Origin: Eledone cirrhosa
Lineage: Eukaryota
Reading direction: 5' to 3'
Length of the DNA: 64,000 bases
Assembly (NCBI GenBank): GCA_964016885.1
Contig: OZ024743.1
Span: 109,306,001 to 109,370,000, forward strand
Below the pieces are notes generated by a model, which saw only the letters and a program-made list of their open reading frames with translations, was not told the DNA's origin and made no database searches. This document shows, piece by piece, positions 55,813 to 64,000 of the stretch. Position 1 is the first letter of the stretch; each line of letters starts with the position of its first letter. The position numbers were made by a program, and so were the translations under genes.

Positions 55813-55889
55813 GTCCCCTCATGAGCTCTAAACTCGAGATATACTTAATAAGATATCTCTAAATGTATGCGAAACCCATGGGTCGGGAT
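55813..55889 (+). ncRNA. Type I HHR candidate with one core change (CTCATGA) and long stem II
   Basis: gtccc-CTCATGA-gc...gagatat/atatctc...gc-GAAA-cccatggg-TC-gggat. Confidence 0.55.
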
Positions 55890-56188
55890 TTAGTGATTTA
55901 ATCCTGGTATGTATATAAGCATTTCTAACTTTAATTTGTACCTAATTATGTATGGTTGACCGTATATTTAATGAATTTCCCAGTGCTGTTGAAATGCTGG
56001 GTAAATATTATATAGCGGTTGGACGCGAAGACGGTGCTGTGGCGTATTTATTTACTGTTTCCTCATAGGTGCCTTTTATTCTTATAGCCTGGTCTAATTG
56101 ATTTTGTGTGTGGTTAATTATGCTGATTGGGAGTAGAAATGATGTATATATGTTATCAAATAATTCTCTGGACATGCTTTACTCTATA

Positions 56189-56244
<56 letters not shown>

Positions 56245-56246
56245 AT

Positions 56247-56568
56247 AAGGTGAACAGAAATAGCAACACAATCGGTAGAGTATATGGAAGGAATATATTA
56301 GGTTAATTCTTGATATAGCACGAAGAGGTTCTTAACGTTTCGGACACTAGTCCTTCATCAGAAGATAGAATGAGTAATAATATAGATTGAGGGGAAGGGC
56401 GGGTTGAATTAGAAAATATGTCTTTAGATAAAAAAATAACATGTTGACATCACTTGCAAACCTGTTGTCGCTGGCGTTTTATGTGTGATTTATTTTTTAG
56501 AAAAGTGGATTTTTGGGCGTTTCTACCTGAAATGGAAAACAGAGCTATACTTGTGCACATGTGTAAGC

Positions 56569-56608
<40 letters not shown>

Positions 56609-57580
56609 TCATACGTCCGTACGAAGCTAAGAAGAAATGTGTGTGTATATGTGAGTAAAGAGTGTGTGTGCATGTCAGTACGAAGCTATGAGCAAAATTA
56701 TGTTAATATAAGAGAGTGTATGCGTGTATACAGAGCAATAAAGGGAAAAGTTGACGGAAGATATATTGTCGGCCCGTAATAATTGTAAGAGAAGATATTA
56801 ATGATCAAGAGAAAGTGATAGGAATCTAGGGGTGTGATAATGGACGGGGTATTAGAGAAGTTGGGGAGGTGAGTTGAGTCTAAGAGGGGAATAGGATCAA
56901 AGACGATGAATCAGACTATGTTCAGTCCTAGTGCGCGAGGCCCGTGATCCATGATATAAAAGGACACCCAGGACTGAAACATGTAGGGAAGAATGACAAG
57001 GAGAACAGAAATGACGGGCGACAGGAGTATCCAAACCGAGTCGTATGCCCCTTAAATGCTTAGCAAAACAGTCCGCCATACGACGTCCCGTTTATCCGAT
57101 ATATAATGCACCACACAGGGAACACCGGAAAGCATAGCCAATGTGGGCGGATGTGCAGGTGAAAGGGTGGCGGATACGGAAATACCCATTAGCGTCTGTA
57201 AGAGTGGTGAGGGTGGAAATGAAGAGACAAGTGCTGCAGCAGAAATGGGAACAAGGATGAGAGCCCGGTGGAATCGTGGGAGAGGACGAGAAGGAACTGC
57301 GAACCAGGATGTCGCGGAGGTTGCGGGCACGCTTAAAAGCAGTAATGGGTGGGTTTGGAAAAAAGCGAGAGGTGACCGGGTCAGAAACGATGATGCGGAA
57401 GGAATGGGGGATATGTTGCCGGAGGGGTAGGGTGATAGGATGGTAGGTGAGGGGGAAATAAACGCGGTGTTATGAGAGGGCTGTGGTGCGATCTGTTTCA
57501 CGGGCGCGGGTGAGAGCAGCTTTGATCAGGATGTAGGGGGGGGGGAGCTATGCGAAGGGAATGAGTTTCCAAATCGTCGA
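56247..57580 (-). mobile_element. Truncated PLE: GIY-YIG remnant plus 3' pLTR
   Basis: HYIG*TGRRMADCFAKHLRGIRLGLDTPVARHFCSPCHS...TEHSLIHRL. Confidence 0.8.
56330..56365 (-). ncRNA. Minimal HHR (family G), intact
   Basis: tctt-CTGATGA-a GGAC tagt GTCC-GAAA-cg-TT-aaga; loopless palindromic stem III, so dimer-type. Confidence 0.82.
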
Positions 57581-57890
57581 CCTGTCTACAATATATATAT
57601 ATATGATTAAAACGTTTGTTCCCACAATACTGCATACATACAAGTATGTGAATTTCGTATATATAATGATATACGGTATTCTGAATCGGTAAACATTTGA
57701 AAAGTCTTCTCGATATGAATATTGAAATGCAGATGGCTAGCACCGTCTAAGAGATTCCAACTCGGAATGCACATTTCTGGTTCTAATCTTAAAGACGGCA
57801 CCAACCGTCAGCATTTCAATATTCATAGATAGAAGGCTTTCCAAATGTTTGTTTATTAATCATACCGTATATAATTACATATACGAAATT

Positions 57891-57967
<77 letters not shown>

Positions 57968-58293
57968 AAAGAGAGAGGGGGAGAAAGAAAGAAAAACTGA
58001 GAGAGAGATGCCCCAAAGTATCAAGCTTTTAGAAATAATCATAGTATGTCCCATATATATATATATATATTTAGTAAGAATATTTTCGAAACTGCGAGTG
58101 GGTTTGAAATTATTAGAAATATAAGCTATCGCCGTATTTTGACTAAAGAAATTAAAGAAATTATTTAGCCTGATAGTGGGGTTAAGAACCCTCGGAGAAA
58201 TGGAAAAAGACGAGTATTGACGTACATGGGTATATATATTTATCTAAGAGATGTCAACATGAATGAACCTGTTATTTTTAATCTGTCTTATTT

Positions 58294-58421
58294 CTCATTC
58301 TTACTTCAGATGAAGGAGTAGCGTCCGAAACGTTAAGCCCCTCTTCCTGCTTTTTTAACCGTTAACCTAATATATTCCTTCCATATACTGTACTGATTGT
58401 GTTGTTATTTCCGTTTACCTT
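58294..58421 (+). mobile_element. Inverted pLTR-end copy of 56247-56374 with degenerate HHR (58304-58337, CAGATGA core)
   Basis: cctaatatattccttccatatact...gtttacctt is the reverse complement of 56247-56302. Confidence 0.8.
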
Positions 58422-59149
58422 TTGCATATATATATGTGTGTGTTTGTACGTGTGTGTCTGTGTGTGTGTGTACCCATATATATATATATATCGTATGAGA
58501 TTAAACGATGTATATTAGGATATATCAATTACGAAACATTTAGTATTTTGTACACATATGCCGAACAAATAATATGTAAATAATTATACATATTTGAAAG
58601 CAGTATAATGGCCTACAATTCCATAGAAATGTCTGTTTCTAGAGACGAAAATGATGCAACCTTCAATCTCAATAATTACTATCCATCACCAATTATCGAT
58701 ATTGGCATAAAGTATTTTAAGACAAAAAAATTCACTTCATCGCTATAATTCTAGTCATCGGCTCAAGGCAGAATTTTTGCAAAGGTTTTCCACATGTTTT
58801 TAAAATAACATTTAACTGTTGGGCAGACATAATAAGACAGGCTTTAGGCTGAACTACAAAGAGCTCCAAGCATGTCCCACTCATACGAATTCAGAATTTA
58901 GACACTCATTCGAATTTAGGCAAATTAGAATTGCTTTATGCATTTACATATTATTTGTTCTGAATATATTTACAAAATGCTAGCTGTTTCTCAATTGATA
59001 TATCCTGATATTTATCATTTAAATGTATATGATAGATACAGATACGTACTGAGAAACATTACTGATTTATATTTTATATGTATTGATTAAACCTAAAATT
59101 AGCATATTCACACTCATAATTTGTCTAAATTTGTTTGAGATAGTGGACC

Positions 59150-61330
59150 ATGGCAGGGAATCTTGATCTTGTGCTGCATTTTGAAATCTTTCAGTGTCGC
59201 GTTTTACTTTCTTTTACTCAATTTGAAGAATTTGTATTTGCCTTTTCTTCTGTATTAAGTTTTTTCAGTTATTGCCAAGCAGGGCTTTTTATTGTCACCG
59301 TTTTAATATAGATTACTGGAGATCTGTTTTCAATTTTGATTTTATTCATATTTGCTGTTACTTGTGTTTTAATTTTTCTTATAATTTTTTTAATGATTTC
59401 TGCTTGGGTATTGAAAGTGTTGAGGTTCTTGAAGATACAAAACAAATGTTCTTGTTTTGCGCATGTTCATAACTATTTGTATTAACATTCCATTTTTCAA
59501 ATATGTTATTTCTGTAGTCCTACAGAGCTTATTTTCAATGCTTTTTTTAGTTTCATCAGGCATCTTCACTCTTGAGGTCTTGGTAGATATTATTTTTCTA
59601 CATTTGCCATTCCAAAATATATTATAAATGCAGTAATTATTTTTCATGTTTTTCTGTCTAGTTCTGCGGATTATTTTAGGGTGCAGTTCAGAATGTCGAA
59701 ACTGTAGCGTATTACGGTTTATTTACAATATCAGTGATTATTGCATTATTCATTCATTTAGCGCTGCCTTATGTATTAATCTAATCTACTTATACTAATC
59801 CTTTCTAATCTTATCTTTCATCTGTCCGTTGAATCCCGCCTATTTCTTTGAGTCATAATATTTGTATATCTATGTTCAATATAATTCTCTTTTCCCTGTT
59901 CCTTTGTCTAGCGTGATATTACAGTTTTTACTCTTGTTTTCCTCTCTTCAGATTTGCCTTGATATAGTTGTTTAGTCCACACTTCATGTTTATTTTTTTC
60001 TGTGAATCCATGTACTGCTTGCAGCTATGTTTCAAATTGTCTCTCAATTGAAACGGACAACTTTACTTCAGCCATATACCTATATTTCCTTGCCATGGCA
60101 TTTATTTCCAAGTCCCCTCCTAATTAATATTTCAGACAATAGTTTCAATGTTCCTCAGAAGAGGAGTGGTGAAATGGAGCCGCTTTGAAATATTCATTTG
60201 TTAATTTGGATGGACTCATTTTTTATACAGCTATCGTTTCTTTTTATCTCCTGGACATGTGTGCCGTATACTTATAGCCTGTTTAATGATTATTTTTATT
60301 GTTGGTATTCTCTCCGACAGGTTTGTGGTTATGACATTGACAGTGGAGACTTCTGGTGTCCTTGGATCTGGGGTTACCTCCCTATTCACCACAATAAGTG
60401 CTGAGCTGACCAGCCGCAGGTGTGAGCCTCGTGAGTTGGAATGGCTCTTCCAACGCATCTCCCTTACCATCCTCCGGGGAAATGCGTTCTTTATTCTGCC
60501 TGCTGGGGTTGCGGGGAGGGCGAGAGGGATAGAGGCTATGACAGTGGGAGTTCGGCTCTTCCACATTCGGACCATATCCCTCTGGTTATGTTCATTATGT
60601 ATAATATCTAATTAACTACTAATTGAGAAACAGTGTTTATAGCAGTGTTTCTCCACGTATAAAGAACACTTCCATGGCATGTTGAGGTTGTGTCCTGTTC
60701 TGCTGTTTACCGTTAGAGCTACGATGATGAATAATTGATAGTTACAGCCGCATGAGCCTTAGCAGCATCCTTTCTACTATTATGGAAACATGTTCTTTTT
60801 TTGTTGTTTTCAAGAACTTAGCCAAATCTGTGATATTATTGCAGTTAATGTCTTGTAAGTTGTTAGGAACCATATGTGTTTGTAGTTTTGAAGAATTATT
60901 GTGTCATTTTTCTCGCGGAATAGGATGAGTTCTCCCCTGGAATGTTTGTCTGATGTCATTAATGAGACCTTTAATATATTATTAATTTTTTTGAAATTAC
61001 AGCTTGTGCCCTTGTAAAATAGTTCAACCGAAAGATTGGGATTTTATGTTTCAATATATTATTCAGCGTCTGTGTTTATTGTTCATACCTTTCTGGAGCT
61101 AGCTACGCGCTGCAGATCACAATACACCAACCCGTTCTTTTCTACTTCTTTTAATTTAGGGTTTCATTTAGTATATTGTATTTTCACTCATTTCCTGGGT
61201 TGGAGAAAAATTTCTGGTATTGTTGTTATTAGGGCATTGGGTTCTCAGTATCGGGAGAGCAGCAAGAAAAATATTTGGATGTGTTTAGTTTCGACTTTTT
61301 AAGCTCTGAGATAAAATCATGCAGCCGTCA
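59150..61330 (-). mobile_element. Heavily decayed R4/Dong-like non-LTR retrotransposon RT region
   Basis: Reverse-strand fragments IFQSGSISPLLF, YMD, MKCGLN, VIRYSFDIL, ELDRKT resemble GIFQGDSLSPLLF / LYMDD / MEFGLDKC / PVLxYSF; boundaries approximate. Confidence 0.6.
60305..60585 (+). mobile_element. 3' fragment of an RLE-type (CRE-like) non-LTR element nested in opposite orientation
   Basis: VETSGVLG...EPRELEWLFQRISLTILRGNA resembles the CRE C-terminal ETxG...QRxSxAxQRGNA motif; GC-richer than the flanks. Confidence 0.7.
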
Positions 61331-61445
61331 TCTTTTCTTTTCCTGTTTCTGCTATTGATAAGACATTGTTCGAACGATGAATCTGGGTCGATAAAATCGA
61401 CATTCTCTCTTGAACAAACTTCCTCGTCTGATGCCATAATGAAAA

Positions 61446-61512
<67 letters not shown>
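61446..61512. repeat. (CTA)n microsatellite
   Basis: Direct reading. Confidence 0.95.
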
Positions 61513-61519
61513 GCACCAC

Positions 61520-62060
61520 TGACCTAAGAGAAATATAAATAAATAAATATATACACAAGCACAATGACAACAAACACATGTAAATACACACTAGTAAACT
61601 AAGATAGAATACAATAACCAAAACAGTCACCCAAACGCGAAAACACACCAAACGCTATACACACTTGCAAACGCATGCGCAGAGAAGAAAATAAAAATAA
61701 ATACATAAATAAATAATTAAACAGATTAAATAAAGATGGCGTAGATATACAGGAGGAACATAATCATAGCACTACTGACGATGTTGCAGATGTGCAATGA
61801 AAGAACTTTGTTAGACTATATATATGTGTTCGTGTCTATATTATAACTGTAGTTTTTTACTGTTGGTCATTCAATGGTAAACATTGAGGACCGAATAAAT
61901 TAACTGATATAAAATATACAGAAGCGAAAACCAACCAAACAGTGAGTGTGTTCTGTTATTATTTCTGGCAATATTATTATAACAATACGACCCGCCCCAA
62001 GTATGACAATATTTGTTTTGACACACGATTTCATATAAAAAACCTGGCAAAAGAAATACA
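61520..62060 (+). mobile_element. Diverged family C pLTR with HHR at about 61771-61812
   Basis: aagatggcgtag upstream as at 46446; CTGACGA-t GTTGCA gatg TGCAAT-GAAA-gaac-TT; 61920-62050 matches the pieces at 21600-21793. Confidence 0.7.
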
Positions 62061-62120
62061 CTCACACATACACACACACACATATATATATATATATATC
62101 ACATATATGTATATACGTAT

Positions 62121-62572
62121 ATATACTTATATTTAAGTAACAGCGGTACTAATAGTGAGAAATGAAATTTCGTTTCATTTTTTCCATTTATCGTTTTCTG
62201 TGCGCCCGGCCGATTAACTCACTCGATAAGCAAATTAGGCTGCTCATCCGTTAATATGCATAAGGAAAGTATATACTTTCAGACGTTCAATCATGTGGCA
62301 GGAAGGTATACGGTGCTGAGGATAGCTAATAAACTTGAAACTAGTACAGCGTTCCTTTGTCAGTGTTGAACAAAAGGGCAACGATGGTTGCTAAACACTG
62401 TACTGCTTAATTATGGAGGTTTGTTTACAAACAAACCGAGCATTATAATAAATATTCGGTAAATCCATACGTACATATATATATATATATATATGTGCAT
62501 GTATGTATATATATATATACATACTACTGTACGTCTGTATACATATATGTATGTACGTATACATACTTATAT
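62121..62572 (+). mobile_element. Family A locus 5: one full monomer with short terminal redundancy; HHR at 62310-62352
   Basis: Starts and ends in atacttatattt; acggtg-CTGAGGA-tagctaataaactt-GAAA-ctag-TA-cagcgt. Confidence 0.9.
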
Positions 62573-62579
62573 TTGTATA

Positions 62580-62632
<53 letters not shown>

Positions 62633-62633
62633 T

Positions 62634-62684
<51 letters not shown>

Positions 62685-63121
62685 AATATATCTCCATTTG
62701 AGATGGAGTTATACGTTATAAAAATAGATGTGGCGCAAACAGATTCTTTTTATATGAACAAAATGGTAATTATGTTGTGTAGAACCATTACTTCTAAATG
62801 TGTAATATCTAGCTACTGAAATCTCGAGGGCTTATAAATGTAGGATGTGATATCCATTTACTCGATTCACTTATATGCCGAAATATTTATAGAATCTTAA
62901 TGTAAGTCCAAAGCTCTGTAGTTAGTATATACTAAAAATACATGACGCCAAATCAACAGTCAGGTTTATTGGAAGGTGTCATTAATGGTACAATTAGACA
63001 AATCTATTCATTAATCATATGAAATATATACAGTCACAAAATATAATAATTTTTATGTTAAAATATATATTTCTAACATTAACTTTGAAACATACTTGCA
63101 CATACACAAACACACACACAG

Positions 63122-63167
<46 letters not shown>

Positions 63168-63549
63168 GTTTATATATAATCGCTTTGAGATTCATATTGC
63201 CCTTCATTCTTCATGCCAATTAGTCAATTGCGTTTTTTCTGTTTACGCACTTCGGTGCTTGTGAGTGTGAAAATAACACAATCACATACACAAGAGCAAT
63301 AATCTATATCAAGTAGACTTTGTTGAAGTCCGACGTATTCCATGGCTCTTTAGAAAAAGATTAGCATTTTAGATGTTGTTCCATGTTAATTTAATTTGTC
63401 TGCTAAAGGAATCTTTCGGTGTAATTGAAACCTGAGTTTTCTAGTTGCGTGGTTCTGTATTCTATGAAGCCTTCTATGTTCTATGAAGACATCAATGAAA
63501 TCTTCTATGCTATTCTAAATTTAAGACCCAGTTTTAAAATAATGTTTTC

Positions 63550-63963
63550 TGATATAGGCACAAGGCCATCTATTTTGGGGGAGGGGAAAATCGATTAAAT
63601 CGACCCCAGTGCGTGACTGGTTCTTTATTTTATCGACCCCGTATGGTTGAAAGGCAAAGTAAACCTTAGCGGGATTCGAAATCAGATCATAACGGGTCGT
63701 AACTCTATGCTGCAAAGCATGGCGTCCGACCCTCTACCATTACTGCCAATCGACCGCCCTAGCCAATTTTAAAATAATTGTTTCTACTTTAGGCACAAGG
63801 CCAGCAAATACCCAGTGCATTACTGCTACTTTATTTTATCGACCCCGTAAGGATGAAAGGCAAAGTCAACCCCGGCGGGATTTGAACTCAGATTGTAAAG
63901 GGACGTAACTATGCTGGAAAGCATGGTGTCTGACCCTCTACCGATACTGCCAAACCACCGCCC
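63550..63963 (-). mobile_element. Two tandem full-length SINE copies (about 63550-63760 and 63777-63963)
   Basis: Both end in ctgccaa..accgccc and contain tttatcgaccccgta.gg.tgaaaggcaaagt. Confidence 0.92.
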
Positions 63964-64000
63964 TTTTTAAAATAATGATACTCCATTGTAACACACTTTA

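Overview
AT-rich, microsatellite-dense animal DNA, probably from an octopod cephalopod (inferred from the tRNA-derived SINE family and the (TA)n/(CA)n density). I cannot support any host protein-coding exon, and most ORFs in the track are microsatellite artefacts. The window is mostly mobile-element debris: about 10 SINE copies, a decayed mariner, Tx1/L1, RTE, R4/Dong-like and CRE-like LINE fragments, and several Penelope-like elements (PLEs; RT plus GIY-YIG). One PLE is a near-complete Naiad-type element with two pLTRs and an inverted partial copy. The main signal not shown by the ORF track is RNA. By eye I find about 20 type I hammerhead ribozyme (HHR) motifs, intact or degenerate, from about 9 unrelated repeat families. 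The most striking family is a non-coding monomer of about 380-470 bp found at five loci in tandem and inverted arrays. Its HHR has an extended, bulged stem I and a palindromic stem III, and an ATGCAAAT octamer lies upstream. This resembles a non-LTR retrozyme or newt satellite-2-like family. All structures were folded by eye; none was computed or tested.
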